The notes under the pieces are model-generated. The model saw only the letters and a list, made by a program, of their open reading frames with translations. It ran no database searches and had not been told where the DNA came from. The translations under genes were made by a program, and so were the position numbers. Below, in pieces: positions 1 to 10,859 of a stretch of 64,000 nt of DNA. Source of the stretch: an uncultured Bacteroidaceae bacterium (GTDB lineage Bacteria > Bacteroidota > Bacteroidia > Bacteroidales > Bacteroidaceae); NCBI GenBank assembly GCA_934293005.1, contig CAKQYA010000005.1:37275-101274 (forward strand), given 5' to 3'. Position 1 is the stretch's first letter; every line of letters starts with the position of its first letter.

Positions 1-238
1 CAGGTATGCCTTGCAGCAAGATGAACTCATGTGGTATCTGCAGCATGATGCCTGCACCGTCACCTGTTTTATTGTCTGCACCTTCAGCTCCGCGGTGCCG
101 CATGTTCTCCAATACTTTCAATGCGGAATCAACCAACTCATGTGATTTGTTTCCGTGGATGTTGACAACCATGCCCACACCACACGCATCATGTTCATAA
201 GATGCGTCGTACATGCCAATTTGCTTGTAATCCTTCAT
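1..238 (-). CDS. gltB: glutamate synthase large subunit, N-terminal fragment (3' end lies outside window)
   Basis: rc translation from ATG at 236-238 gives MKDYKQIGMYDASYEHDACGVGMVVNIHGNKSHELVDSALKVLENMRHRGAEGADNKTGDGAGIMLQIPHEF, the conserved GltB Ntn-amidotransferase N-terminus (YDxxxEHDACGVG ... HRGA.GAD..TGDGAGI). Confidence 0.7.
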   Translation of the reverse strand, partial: MKDYKQIGMYDASYEHDACGVGMVVNIHGNKSHELVDSALKVLENMRHRGAEGADNKTGDGAGIMLQIPHEFILLQGIP

Positions 239-601
239 GTTTACAATCATTTTGATAATGAAAAACTGTTTATTATGTAAATTTGGTGCAAAATTACTGC
301 TTTTGACTGACATAATAAGTATGAGAGGCGGATATTTGTGACATGATTTATTTTTATTCAACCTTCAACTTACGAAATGAAAGGGAAAGAATTGAAAAAA
401 CTGCAATTAGAAAGATAAATAGAGGTAATAAGGATTAAATGTAATCATACCATTTTTATTTAAAAAATAATGATAGAATTTCTTTTTGTTTTTAATTATG
501 TTTTTTTGCAACCATCTGTCGTAAAATATTCATCATTTAATGTCATTATGTTTTTTAAAATTACTACCTTTGCATCGAATTAGGAATATAACCCAAAAAA
601 C

Positions 602-2488
602 ATGGAGGTTTTGAAGCACGAATGTGGCGTGGCAATGGTACGATTGCTCAAGCCCCTGGAGTACTACCAGCAGAAATATGGTACATGGATGTATGGACTC
701 AACAAGATGTATCTCTTGATGGAGAAGCAGCATAATAGAGGACAGGAAGGCGCTGGCATCGCTTGCGTCAAGTTGGACGCCGCCTCTGGCGAGGAATACA
801 TGTTTCGTGAGAGAGCTCTTGGCACAGGTGCCATAACCGAAATATTCCAAAACATTCACAATCAGTTTGAGGATTTGTCAGAAGCTGATCTTTCTGACGC
901 AATCTACGCAAAAAATTGTTTGCCCTTTGCCGGTGAGCTTTATATGGGCCATTTAAGGTATTCCACAACAGGCAAAAGCGGCATTTCTTATGTTCATCCG
1001 TTTTTGAGGCGAAGCAATTACCGTGCTCGCAACCTTGCTGTCTGCGGCAATTTCAATCTCACTAATGTTGATGAAGTGTTTGCTAAGATTACATCAGAGG
1101 GCCAGCATCCACGCCGCTACGCTGACACATATATTATATTGGAGCAGCTTGGCCATCGTCTCGACCGTGAGGTGGAGCATCTTTACGACATGTATGTTGA
1201 TGAGGGCAAAAAAGGCCTTGACATCACTCATGCTATAGAAGAAAACGTGGATATGTCCCATGTGCTGCAGGAAGCGAGCAAGGATTGGGATGGCGGATAT
1301 GTCATGTGCGGCATCACAGGCAGTGGAGAAAGTTTTGCGTTGCGCGACCCTTGGGGCATACGCAGCGCTTTCTGGTATATGGATGATGAAGTGATGGTGC
1401 TGGCCTCCGAGCGTCCTGTGATACAGACAGTTTTTGATGTGCCTGTTGATGCAATCCATGAGCTGCAGCCAGGCCAATCCTTGCTTGTCAGCAGGAATGG
1501 CCATATGCGCTTGGCTCAGATCAACATTCCATACAAGCTCAGGGCCTGCTCTTTCGAACGAATATATTTCAGCCGGGGAAGCGATGCTGACATATATAAT
1601 GAGAGGAAGCAGATGGGCAAGCTGCTCATCCCGTCCATACTTAAGGCCATCAATTTCGATGTTGACCACACCGTCTTCTCATTCATCCCCAATACGGCAG
1701 AGGTGGCTTTCTATGGAATGCTGGAAGGGCTGGACAACTATCTGAACCAGCTGAAGGTTCAGGAAATTGAGGCGGCCGTGCATTCTGGCGCTGGGCATGA
1801 AGTTGTGAATGCCATACTTTCACGGCGCATAAGAAGTGAGAAGGTGGCAATAAAAGACATAAAACTCCGCACCTTCATATCCGAAGGCAATAGCCGCAAT
1901 GATTTGGCGGCCCACGTTTACGACATAACATATGGAAGTCTGGAGCCATACGTGGATAATCTCGTCATCATTGACGACAGCATAGTGAGGGGCACCACGC
2001 TCAAACAGAGCATTATCAGCATCCTTGACCGTTTGCATCCCAAGAAGATTGTCATAGTGTCTTCCTCGCCTCAGGTGAGATACCCCGATTACTATGGCAT
2101 AGACATGGCGAGCATGGACCAGTTCATAGCTTTCAAAGCAGCTGTGGCTTTGCTTCGTTCGCGTGGCTTGCAGACGGTTTTGGCCAATGTCTATGCAAAG
2201 TGCAAGCAGCAACTCAATCTGCCGAAAGAGCATATGGTCAATTATGTGAAAGAAATATATGCTCCTTTCACGGATGAAGAGATATCAGAAAAGATGGTCG
2301 AGCTGCTCAAACCGGCCACGGTGAAGGCTGATGTGCAGATAGTGTACCAGACTCTTGACGGGCTTCATGAGGCTTGCCCCGAGCATGCGGGCGACTGGTA
2401 TTTCAGCGGCGATTATCCCACTCCTGGCGGTGTGAAGCTTGTCAACCAAGCATTCATCGACTATGTGGAGAGTGAGGATATCCTGTGA
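602..2488 (+). CDS. purF: amidophosphoribosyltransferase (long Bacteroidetes form)
   Basis: 628-aa ORF; N-terminal MEVLKHECGV Ntn-glutaminase start, C-terminal PRTase motif VIIDDSIVRGTT; TAcCTTTG -7 box at 575-582. Confidence 0.8.
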   Translation: MEVLKHECGVAMVRLLKPLEYYQQKYGTWMYGLNKMYLLMEKQHNRGQEGAGIACVKLDAASGEEYMFRERALGTGAITEIFQNIHNQFEDLSEADLSDAIYAKNCLPFAGELYMGHLRYSTTGKSGISYVHPFLRRSNYRARNLAVCGNFNLTNVDEVFAKITSEGQHPRRYADTYIILEQLGHRLDREVEHLYDMYVDEGKKGLDITHAIEENVDMSHVLQEASKDWDGGYVMCGITGSGESFALRDPWGIRSAFWYMDDEVMVLASERPVIQTVFDVPVDAIHELQPGQSLLVSRNGHMRLAQINIPYKLRACSFERIYFSRGSDADIYNERKQMGKLLIPSILKAINFDVDHTVFSFIPNTAEVAFYGMLEGLDNYLNQLKVQEIEAAVHSGAGHEVVNAILSRRIRSEKVAIKDIKLRTFISEGNSRNDLAAHVYDITYGSLEPYVDNLVIIDDSIVRGTTLKQSIISILDRLHPKKIVIVSSSPQVRYPDYYGIDMASMDQFIAFKAAVALLRSRGLQTVLANVYAKCKQQLNLPKEHMVNYVKEIYAPFTDEEISEKMVELLKPATVKADVQIVYQTLDGLHEACPEHAGDWYFSGDYPTPGGVKLVNQAFIDYVESEDIL

Positions 2489-2570
2489 CATGCATGTCTT
2501 TGGGTCATAGTTGACAAGTGGCATGATAGTGAAGGCACGAACGATACAAACAAAAATAAACAATATAGCA

Positions 2571-3644
2571 ATGAGAAAAGCAACATTGATTCTTGATGAC
2601 GGCACCCGCTTTGAGGGCTTGTCTTTCGGCTATGAGAAACCTGTGGCAGGAGAGGTTGTGTTCAACACTGCCATGACAGGTTATCCCGAGAGCCTCACAG
2701 ACCCGTCTTACGCCGGTCAGCTCATGACGCTGACTTACCCGCTTATAGGCAATTATGGTGTACCTCCTTTTACATTCGGTTCCAACGGATTGCCTGATTT
2801 TATGGAGAGCGAACGGATCCATGCAGAAGCTCTCATCGTGAGCGATTACAGCGAGGAGTGCAGTCATTGGAACGCTAACGAGACTCTTGCCGAATGGCTC
2901 AAGCGTGAGCATGTGCCAGGCATCACTGGCATAGACACGCGCGAGTTGACAAAGGTGCTGCGTGAGCATGGCGTGATGATGGGACGTATTGTCATGGAGG
3001 GCATGGGTGATAATGTTGAATCATTGCCATATTCTTCTGTCAATTATGTTGACAAGGTCTCTTGTTCCGAAGTGATACGCTACAATGAAGGAGCTGATAA
3101 GACTATAGTGCTTGTCGATTGTGGCGTTAAGAGCAACATCCTCCGTTGCCTCATCAAGCGCGGCGTGGAGATAATACGCGTGCCATGGAACTACGATTAC
3201 ACTTCCATGCCATACGATGGCATATTCATCAGCAATGGACCTGGCGACCCTGACATGTGCGGAGAGGCTGTTGACAACCTGCGCCGCGCCATGACTCTAA
3301 GCGATAAACCCATCTTTGGCATCTGCATGGGAAACCAGCTTCTTGCCAAAGCAGGTGGCGCCAAGACATACAAACTGAAGTATGGACATCGCAGTCATAA
3401 CCAGCCTGTGCGCATGGCTGGCTCTAACAAATGCTTCATCACAAGCCAGAATCACGGCTTTGCTGTGGATGACGCCACTCTCGGCTCCGATTGGGAACCA
3501 CTCTTCTATAACATGAACGACGGTTCTAACGAAGGCATTCGCCATAAGAGCAAGCCTTGGTTCTCTGTGCAGTTCCATCCTGAAGCTGCCAGTGGACCGA
3601 CCGACACAGAGTTTCTTTTCGATGAATTTGTTAAAATGTTGTAA
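2571..3644 (+). CDS. carA: carbamoyl-phosphate synthase small (glutaminase) subunit
   Basis: ORF 2511-3644; conserved CarA N-term starts at internal Met (MRKATLILDDGTRFEG); class-I GATase motifs GICMGNQLL, H..F.VQFHPEA. Confidence 0.85.
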   Translation: MRKATLILDDGTRFEGLSFGYEKPVAGEVVFNTAMTGYPESLTDPSYAGQLMTLTYPLIGNYGVPPFTFGSNGLPDFMESERIHAEALIVSDYSEECSHWNANETLAEWLKREHVPGITGIDTRELTKVLREHGVMMGRIVMEGMGDNVESLPYSSVNYVDKVSCSEVIRYNEGADKTIVLVDCGVKSNILRCLIKRGVEIIRVPWNYDYTSMPYDGIFISNGPGDPDMCGEAVDNLRRAMTLSDKPIFGICMGNQLLAKAGGAKTYKLKYGHRSHNQPVRMAGSNKCFITSQNHGFAVDDATLGSDWEPLFYNMNDGSNEGIRHKSKPWFSVQFHPEAASGPTDTEFLFDEFVKML

Positions 3645-3715
3645 CTGCCTGAGCTGAATGACAGAGTGATGAATTCTGATGATAATAGGCTAAGGGCATA
3701 AAAGAAGAGTCTTAT

Positions 3716-6700
3716 ATGAATGACAAAATAAAGAAAGTGCTGCTCCTTGGATCTGGAGCGCTAAAGATAGGCGAGGCTGGCGAGTTTGACTATTCGGGCT
3801 CTCAGGCTCTCAAAGCTTTGAAGGAAGAGGGCATACATACAGTGCTCATCAATCCAAACATTGCCACAGTGCAGACTTCTGAGGGTGTGGCAGACCAGAT
3901 ATATTTCTTGCCGGTCACTCCATATTTCGTGGAACGTGTGATAGAGAAAGAACGTCCTGATGGAGTGCTTCTCTCTTTTGGTGGACAGACAGCGCTCAAT
4001 TGCGGTGTTTCCCTCTTCCGCGACGGAGTGTTTGAGAAGTATGGCGTAGAGGTGCTTGGCACCCCTGTGCGTGCCATCATGGACACGGAAGACCGTGAGC
4101 TCTTTGTGGAGCGTCTCAATGAGATTGACGTTAAGACCATTAAGAGCGAGGCTGTGGAAAATATTGAAGATGCGCGCAGGGCTGCCAAGGAACTTGGCTA
4201 TCCTGTAATCATACGCGCGGCCTATGCTCTTGGCGGACTTGGAAGTGGATTCTGCGATACAGAGGACGAACTCAATGTCCTGGCTGAGAAGGCTTTCTCA
4301 TTCTCTCCGCAGGTTTTGGTTGAGAAAAGTTTAAGAGGATGGAAAGAGGTTGAGTATGAAGTGGTGCGCGACTGTTACGACAACTGCATCACTGTCTGCA
4401 ATATGGAAAACTTCGATCCATTAGGCATACATACAGGTGAAAGCATTGTCATTGCCCCATCGCAGACATTGTCCAACAGCGATTACCACAAACTTCGTGA
4501 ACTGGCAATCCGCATTGTGCGTCATGTGGGCATAGTGGGCGAGTGTAATGTGCAGTATGCCTACGACCCAGAGAGCGAGGATTATCGCGTCATCGAGGTC
4601 AACGCTCGTCTTAGTCGTTCATCGGCCCTTGCGTCAAAGGCCACAGGCTATCCGCTTGCTTTCGTGGCAGCGAAGCTGGGTCTTGGCTATGGCCTTTTCG
4701 AGTTGAAGAATTCTGTCACCAAGACCACAAGCGCATTCTTTGAGCCTGCGCTTGATTATGTGGTGTGCAAGATTCCGCGTTGGGATCTCGGCAAGTTCCA
4801 TGGTGTAGACCGTGAACTTGGCAGTTCTATGAAGTCGGTAGGTGAAGTCATGGCTATTGGCCGCACATTTGAGGAGGTCATTCAGAAAGGTCTTCGCATG
4901 ATAGGGCAGGGCATGCATGGCTTTGTCGGAAACAAGGAACTTGTTATTGAAGATGTAGACAAAGCCCTTCGCGAGCCAACAGATAAGCGCATATTCGTCA
5001 TATCAAAGGCCATGCAGCAGGGATACACCGTTGACCATATTCATGAGCTGACAAAGATTGACCGTTGGTTCCTCCAGAAGCTTAAGAAGATTGTTGACAC
5101 TTCTGATGAACTCACGAAGCACAATGCTGACACCCTTCCTGCCGACCTCCTCCGTAAGGCTAAGGTGCAAGGATTCTCAGATTTCCAGATTGCTCGTGCC
5201 ATCGGCCTTGAATCAAAGATGGGCAGTGAGGATGGCTCTATGGCGGTGCGCTCATTGCGCAAGAAGATGAACGTCATGCCTGTTGTCAAGCAGATTGACA
5301 CTCTTGCTGCTGAATATCCTGCCCATACCAATTACCTGTATCTCACATACAGCGGCACATCAAACGATGTGCAGTATGTTGGCGACCACAAGTCTATTGT
5401 GGTGCTTGGCAGCGGAGCCTATCGAATAGGTTCCAGCGTAGAGTTCGACTGGTGTGGTGTGCAAGCATTGCAGACCATACGCAAGCAGGGCTACAGAAGT
5501 GTGATGATCAATTACAACCCGGAGACAGTCAGCACCGATTATGACATGTGTGACCGCCTTTATTTTGATGAACTCACTTTCGAGCGTGTGCTCGACATCA
5601 TAGAATTGGAAAATCCGCATGGCGTCATAGTCTCTACCGGCGGACAGATACCAAACAATCTTGCTCTGCGTCTTGATACGGAAGGTGTGAATATCCTTGG
5701 CACCAGTGCTGCAAGTATCGACAATGCCGAAGACCGTGACAAGTTCTCTGCCATGCTTGACCGCATTGGAGTGGATCAGCCTGAGTGGAGCGCTCTCACG
5801 TCAATGGACGACATCAACAAGTTTATCGACAAGGTTGGTTTCCCTGTGCTTGTGCGTCCATCCTATGTGCTTAGTGGAGCGGCCATGAATGTGTGCAGCA
5901 ATCAGGAGGAACTTGAGCGTTTTCTCAGTCTTGCGGCCAACGTGTCGAAGAAGCATCCTGTGGTGGTGAGCCAGTTTATACAGCACGCCAAGGAGGTGGA
6001 GATGGATGCTGTGGCACGCAATGGCGAGATAATTGTATATGCAATATCTGAGCATATCGAGTATGCTGGAGTGCATTCGGGCGATGCCACAATACAGTTC
6101 CCACCGCAGAAACTGTATGTTGAGACCATGCGCCGCATCAAGCGTGTGAGCCGTAAGATAGCTCGTGAACTCAATATCTCAGGTCCATTCAATATCCAGT
6201 TCCTTGCACGCGAAAATGACATCAAGGTCATAGAGTGCAATCTTAGAGCTTCGCGTTCATTCCCGTTTGTCAGCAAAGTGCTCAAGATAAACTTCATCGA
6301 ACTTGCTACCAAGGTCATGCTCGGACTTGATGTGGAGAAACCAGGCAAGAACCTCTTCGACCTCGACTATGTTGGCATCAAGGCAAGCCAGTTCTCATTC
6401 AACCGCTTGCAGAAGGCTGACCCAGTGCTTGGTGTAGACATGGCTTCCACAGGTGAGGTAGGATGCATAGGCGACGACACTTCGTGCGCAATTCTGAAAT
6501 CAATGTTGAGTGTAGGCTACCGCATTCCTGCAACAGACAAGGGCATACTTCTCTCAACAGGCGATGCCAAGCAGAAAGTGGACATGCTGGCTGCTGCCCA
6601 ATGGCTGCAAAAGAAAGGCTACTGCATCTATGCCACTGGTGGCACATCGGCCTTCCTTGAGCAGAATGGAGTGAGCAATACACGTGTCTACTGGCCAAGC

Positions 6701-6940
6701 GAGGATGGCAAGCCTCAGGCTATCGACCTTCTTCACAGCAAACAGATAGACATGGTGGTCAACATTCCGAAGAATCTGTCTTCTGGTGAACTGAGCAACG
6801 GTTACAAGATACGTCGTGCTGCAATAGACCTCAATATACCTCTAATCACCAATGCTCGTCTGGCAAGTGCCTTCATCAATGCTTTCTGTACGATGTCTGT
6901 CGATGACCTTGCCATCAAGTCATGGAGTGAGTATCAGTAA
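3716..6940 (+). CDS. carB: carbamoyl-phosphate synthase large subunit
   Basis: 1074 aa; MNDKIKKVLLLGSGALKIGEAGEFDYSGSQA start; duplicated ATP-grasp halves and MGS-like C-terminal domain. Confidence 0.9.
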   Translation: MNDKIKKVLLLGSGALKIGEAGEFDYSGSQALKALKEEGIHTVLINPNIATVQTSEGVADQIYFLPVTPYFVERVIEKERPDGVLLSFGGQTALNCGVSLFRDGVFEKYGVEVLGTPVRAIMDTEDRELFVERLNEIDVKTIKSEAVENIEDARRAAKELGYPVIIRAAYALGGLGSGFCDTEDELNVLAEKAFSFSPQVLVEKSLRGWKEVEYEVVRDCYDNCITVCNMENFDPLGIHTGESIVIAPSQTLSNSDYHKLRELAIRIVRHVGIVGECNVQYAYDPESEDYRVIEVNARLSRSSALASKATGYPLAFVAAKLGLGYGLFELKNSVTKTTSAFFEPALDYVVCKIPRWDLGKFHGVDRELGSSMKSVGEVMAIGRTFEEVIQKGLRMIGQGMHGFVGNKELVIEDVDKALREPTDKRIFVISKAMQQGYTVDHIHELTKIDRWFLQKLKKIVDTSDELTKHNADTLPADLLRKAKVQGFSDFQIARAIGLESKMGSEDGSMAVRSLRKKMNVMPVVKQIDTLAAEYPAHTNYLYLTYSGTSNDVQYVGDHKSIVVLGSGAYRIGSSVEFDWCGVQALQTIRKQGYRSVMINYNPETVSTDYDMCDRLYFDELTFERVLDIIELENPHGVIVSTGGQIPNNLALRLDTEGVNILGTSAASIDNAEDRDKFSAMLDRIGVDQPEWSALTSMDDINKFIDKVGFPVLVRPSYVLSGAAMNVCSNQEELERFLSLAANVSKKHPVVVSQFIQHAKEVEMDAVARNGEIIVYAISEHIEYAGVHSGDATIQFPPQKLYVETMRRIKRVSRKIARELNISGPFNIQFLARENDIKVIECNLRASRSFPFVSKVLKINFIELATKVMLGLDVEKPGKNLFDLDYVGIKASQFSFNRLQKADPVLGVDMASTGEVGCIGDDTSCAILKSMLSVGYRIPATDKGILLSTGDAKQKVDMLAAAQWLQKKGYCIYATGGTSAFLEQNGVSNTRVYWPSEDGKPQAIDLLHSKQIDMVVNIPKNLSSGELSNGYKIRRAAIDLNIPLITNARLASAFINAFCTMSVDDLAIKSWSEYQ

Positions 6941-7055
6941 TAATAAGCATTCTCAGATAGCCTATATATAATAATGTATAATAATAGCGCCAATTGCGCT
7001 GTTGGCTGTTGGGATAAGTTTGAAACACTTTACACACTATATTATTATAATAAGT

Positions 7056-8666
7056 ATGCAACAAAAAATCATTATTCTCGATTTCGGTTCACAGACAACG
7101 CAGCTTATAGGCCGCCGTCTGCGCGAACTCGACACTTTCTGTGAGATCTTGCCTTACAACAAGTTCCCGCACAATGACCCCGATGTTATCGGAGTCATCC
7201 TGTCAGGCTCGCCTTTCAGTGTCTATGACCCAGAGGCTTTCAAGGTTGACCTCAGCGAGATTCGTGGCAAGTACCCAATCCTTGGCATATGCTATGGAGC
7301 GCAGTACATGGCTCACAATTTCGGCGGCAAGGTTGCACCTGCTGGCACTCGCGAGTATGGTCGTGCTAACCTACAGTGGTTTGAGAAGGACAATCCTCTC
7401 TTTAAAGGATTTGACGAGCACTCACAGGTGTGGATGAGCCATGGCGACACCATTGTGGCTCTGCCTGACAATTACCGCTGCATCGCTTCTACCGATAAGG
7501 TGCAGTTTGCCGCTTATCAGGCAGAGGGTGAGAAACTATGGGGCGTACAGTTCCATCCAGAGGCTTTCCATTCTGTTCAGGGCACTCAGCTGCTCAAAAA
7601 TTTTGCCGTTGACATTTGTGGCGGCCGTCAGGATTGGAGTGCTGATTCATTTGTGGAGACAACTGTGGCAGAACTCAAGTCGCAGCTTGGTGACGACAAG
7701 GTCATCCTTGGCCTATCAGGCGGTGTCGACTCAAGTGTGGCTGCTGTTCTTCTCAACAAAGCCATTGGCAAGAATCTCACATGTATCTTTGTCGATCATG
7801 GCATGCTTCGAAAGAACGAGTTTCATGATGTGATGGAAGATTACAAGTGCCTTGGTCTTAATGTCATCGGCATTGATGCTTCTGAGAAGTTTTTTGCCGA
7901 CCTTGCAGGCATCTCTGACCCAGAACAGAAACGAAAGATTATTGGACGCGACTTTGTGGAGGTATTCAATGCTGAAGCTAAGAAGCAGACAGGTGCCAAA
8001 TGGCTTGCTCAGGGCACAATATACCCTGACCGCATCGAGAGCCTTAACATCACAGGCAAGGTAATCAAGAGTCATCACAATGTGGGTGGACTGCCCAAGG
8101 AGATGAATCTTCAGTTGTGCGAGCCTCTCAAGTGGCTCTTTAAGGATGAGGTGCGTCGTGTGGGCCGTTCGATGGGAATGCCCGAACATCTCATCACACG
8201 CCATCCTTTCCCAGGCCCAGGTCTTGCAGTGCGTATCCTTGGCGACATCACGCCAGAGAAAGTTCGCATCCTTCAGGATGCAGACGACATTTACATCCGC
8301 GGACTGCGCGACTACAAGGTCAAGCTCAGCGGCGACGAGGCTCGCCGTGTGCTTGCTGCAGGAGTGCCTGCCGATATGGAGAATGGTGAGATAGAGGTAT
8401 CGTTGTATGACCAGATATGGCAAGCTGGCACAGTGCTCCTTTCTACAGTACGTTCTGTAGGTGTCATGGGTGATGAGCGCACATACGAGCATCCTGTGGC
8501 ACTTCGTGCTGTGACAAGCACCGATGCCATGACTGCCGACTGGGCGCATCTTCCATACGATTTCATGGCCAAGGTGTCAAATGAAATAATCAACAAGGTT
8601 AAGGGTGTCAACCGCGTATGCTACGACATCTCCTCAAAGCCGCCAGCAACTATCGAGTGGGAATAA
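7056..8666 (+). CDS. guaA: GMP synthase (glutamine-hydrolysing)
   Basis: ORF 7002-8666; conserved start [25 protein letters not shown]; GATase + PP-loop SGGVDSSV; C-terminal ...PPATIEWE. Confidence 0.9.
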   Translation: MQQKIIILDFGSQTTQLIGRRLRELDTFCEILPYNKFPHNDPDVIGVILSGSPFSVYDPEAFKVDLSEIRGKYPILGICYGAQYMAHNFGGKVAPAGTREYGRANLQWFEKDNPLFKGFDEHSQVWMSHGDTIVALPDNYRCIASTDKVQFAAYQAEGEKLWGVQFHPEAFHSVQGTQLLKNFAVDICGGRQDWSADSFVETTVAELKSQLGDDKVILGLSGGVDSSVAAVLLNKAIGKNLTCIFVDHGMLRKNEFHDVMEDYKCLGLNVIGIDASEKFFADLAGISDPEQKRKIIGRDFVEVFNAEAKKQTGAKWLAQGTIYPDRIESLNITGKVIKSHHNVGGLPKEMNLQLCEPLKWLFKDEVRRVGRSMGMPEHLITRHPFPGPGLAVRILGDITPEKVRILQDADDIYIRGLRDYKVKLSGDEARRVLAAGVPADMENGEIEVSLYDQIWQAGTVLLSTVRSVGVMGDERTYEHPVALRAVTSTDAMTADWAHLPYDFMAKVSNEIINKVKGVNRVCYDISSKPPATIEWE

Positions 8667-8741
8667 AAGATATCAGCATTTTAATGCTTGTATCATCACT
8701 TCCTGCTTATAATGCAGCTCTATTATCATATTAGAGTTGAG

Positions 8742-8790
8742 CTTCCAATTGGCATTTCTTCATGAATGCCAGTTGGAGGCTTTTTTGTTT
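8742..8790 (+). terminator. rho-independent terminator after guaA
   Basis: imperfect hairpin cttccaattggcatt...aatgccagttggagg followed by cttttttgtttg. Confidence 0.55.
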
Positions 8791-8828
8791 GTTACCTGCT
8801 TTGTTGTCGCCTTATTGTCTTGCATGAC

Positions 8829-8900
8829 AAAAAAGGGATAGTAAGGATACTTCGTAAAGTATCTTAGGATACTTGGCCAAGTATCCTAAGATACTTTTTT
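8829..8900. repeat. palindrome array, locus A: tandem iterations of GGATACTT-N4-AAGTATCC
   Basis: aaaaagggatagtaAGGATACTTcgtaAAGTATCTTAGGATACTTggccAAGTATCCTAAGATACTTtttt; same unit recurs at 30785-30873 and 60551-60638. Confidence 0.8.
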
Positions 8901-9002
8901 AATGGTGTTTCGGATTGACTTTAAAGGCATGCGCAACTAATAAAGATGTATGGTCTTATTGTATTGACGGCGATAAGTTATGTGGCGCATCTCTATCGCA
9001 AG

Positions 9003-9038
9003 GTTTAACCCAAATCTAATGACCGATTTGGGTTAAAC
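9003..9038. repeat. solo palindromic copy of MITE-like TIR motif (gtttaacccaaatc-taatgacc-gatttgggttaaac)
   Basis: perfect 14-bp inverted arms around an 8-bp loop; arms match the termini of the ~200-bp element at 10947-11149. Confidence 0.7.
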
Positions 9039-9285
9039 ATGCTTCATTAGCTGAAAGAGTGTCATATTGCTCTGTGATCATGAAAATACTCCCAAGGAAG
9101 AGTGCGTGTTTCATATTTTATTCGTACTTTTGTTATGTCATTCAGAGTATCGTCCCACTTTTATCTTGTGGCACAGAGGTAAGTGTTTTTTTCCTGATAT
9201 GATGCGATGCTGAGCATTTTTGTGTTACTTAGGCGTTGCGAATTATTTTAATTATTGTGCCGTGCTGAAAAATGATGAATTTAAC

Positions 9286-10371
9286 ATGAAGAGAAATGAG
9301 ATTTGCTACATTGTTGTTGTGGCTATTATTGGAGTGTCGTTGTTTTTAGGATTTGCAGAAGAAGTGTTTGCTGTTAGTCTTGGCAAATTTGCATGGACGG
9401 CACACTGGGTGTCATCGCCTGTGGCGCTGGCTTTGGGTTTAGCTTTTGCTCTGCTTTTAGGCAAGGCATTTCCTGTGTTTAATAAGACCATGTCTAAAAA
9501 ACTGCTGCAATATTCCGTTATAGGATTAGGTTTCGGAATGAACGTGGACAAAGCGCTGGCATCGGGAAGTGAAGGTATGCTGTTCACTGTGGTCAGCGTG
9601 TTTGGGACACTTGCCCTGGGCTGGCTCTTTGGACGAAAGATTCTGAATGTAGATTCACAGACGAGCTACTTGCTTAGTTCAGGAACAGCCATATGCGGCG
9701 GTTCGGCAATAGCAGCTGTTGGGCCAGTAATCAAAGCTAAGGCAGAGAGCATGTCGGTGGCATTAGGCGTGGTTTTTGTTCTAAATGGCATCGCTCTGTT
9801 CTTGTTTCCATCTATTGGCAATGCCTTAGGCATGACGATGAAGCAGTTTGGCATGTGGGCAGCCATTGCTATCCACGATACATCTTCTGTGGTAGGTGCA
9901 GGTGCGGCATACGACCAGATGCATCCCGAACTTGTTGCCAGTCAAGGAGTGAGTGCGCTTGAGGTTGCCACAACCATCAAGCTTACGCGAGCTTTGTGGA
10001 TAGTGGTGTTGGCGTTGGTCACACCATTCTTCTTCCGCAGATCGCTTGCAGAGTCGGGCGGAATGTCGAAGCCTTGGTATAGCTGTGTGCCACGTTTCAT
10101 CATTTGGTTTATTGTGGCCATAATCTTCAATACATATATATTAAGCAACGCTTCGCTTATAGGCTATGGTGCCGCAGCAATAGGAGGCGAGTTGAGTGGT
10201 GCTGTCAGCAAGCTTGCCAAGCATCTCATCACGCTTTCGCTTTTCTTTATCGGTGCGTCGCTAACCAGAGAAACGTTGCGTAGCGTTGGTCTCCGCCCTC
10301 TTATCCAAGGTGTGCTGCTATGGATAAGCATCAGCTGCATCAGCCTTGTATATATCTTTGGGGTGGGATAA
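9286..10371 (+). CDS. YeiH/UPF0324 family putative sulfate-exporter membrane protein
   Basis: ORF 9220-10371, likely start MKRNEICYIVV; polytopic membrane protein with YeiH-like glycine-rich segments; TAcTTTTG box near 9122. Confidence 0.6.
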   Translation: MKRNEICYIVVVAIIGVSLFLGFAEEVFAVSLGKFAWTAHWVSSPVALALGLAFALLLGKAFPVFNKTMSKKLLQYSVIGLGFGMNVDKALASGSEGMLFTVVSVFGTLALGWLFGRKILNVDSQTSYLLSSGTAICGGSAIAAVGPVIKAKAESMSVALGVVFVLNGIALFLFPSIGNALGMTMKQFGMWAAIAIHDTSSVVGAGAAYDQMHPELVASQGVSALEVATTIKLTRALWIVVLALVTPFFFRRSLAESGGMSKPWYSCVPRFIIWFIVAIIFNTYILSNASLIGYGAAAIGGELSGAVSKLAKHLITLSLFFIGASLTRETLRSVGLRPLIQGVLLWISISCISLVYIFGVG

Positions 10372-10431
10372 TCATCGTGATGAATTGCCACAACGGATTG
10401 TGAAATATCATTCCAAACAGTTTGTTCCTTT

Positions 10432-10459
10432 CTTAAACCCAAATAGGTCATCAGATTGG
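10432..10459. repeat. partial copy of MITE-like TIR motif (ttaaacccaaataggtcatcagattgg)
   Basis: similar to ttaacccaaatcggtcatta motif found at 10947, 11127, 16251, 53496. Confidence 0.5.
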
Positions 10460-10613
10460 ACGAAATATTTGCTTAGATTATAATCTGTTGGTATTATCAT
10501 GTATTTATATTTAAATTGTTATACAATAGCATTGAATGGCTTTAATTTAAAACTATAAGCATTGTTGTTAAAACCTTTTTTTTATAATAAACATGCTTTT
10601 ACTGATTATTGCT

Positions 10614-10621
10614 TACCTTTG
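10614..10621 (+). promoter_or_regulatory. Bacteroidetes-type -7 promoter box TACCTTTG, distal promoter candidate for pyrG leader
   Basis: TAnnTTTG consensus in AT-rich DNA about 560 nt upstream of pyrG; no other consensus box nearer the start. Confidence 0.4.
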
Positions 10622-10859
10622 CATGTTGAAATGAGCAAGTGTTCAATAAGCATTCATTGAGAATGCCATATTTTTATTATTTAAAATTATCTTTGAACGA
10701 CTTGCTTGAAACAAATGGTTGCATAAATCTTTAATAATTGGTGTTATATGCTGAAATTCAAAATAAAACATAAAATCACAAACATTTGCGTGAAGCGCTC
10801 CCTCATGGAATCGAACACTATGCTAACTGCAGGATGTCAATCCGAGGGATGAGATGAGA

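Noticed and set aside
7731-8549. 272-aa minus-strand ORF inside guaA
   Set aside because: Antisense shadow ORF with no recognisable domain; guaA on + is unambiguous.
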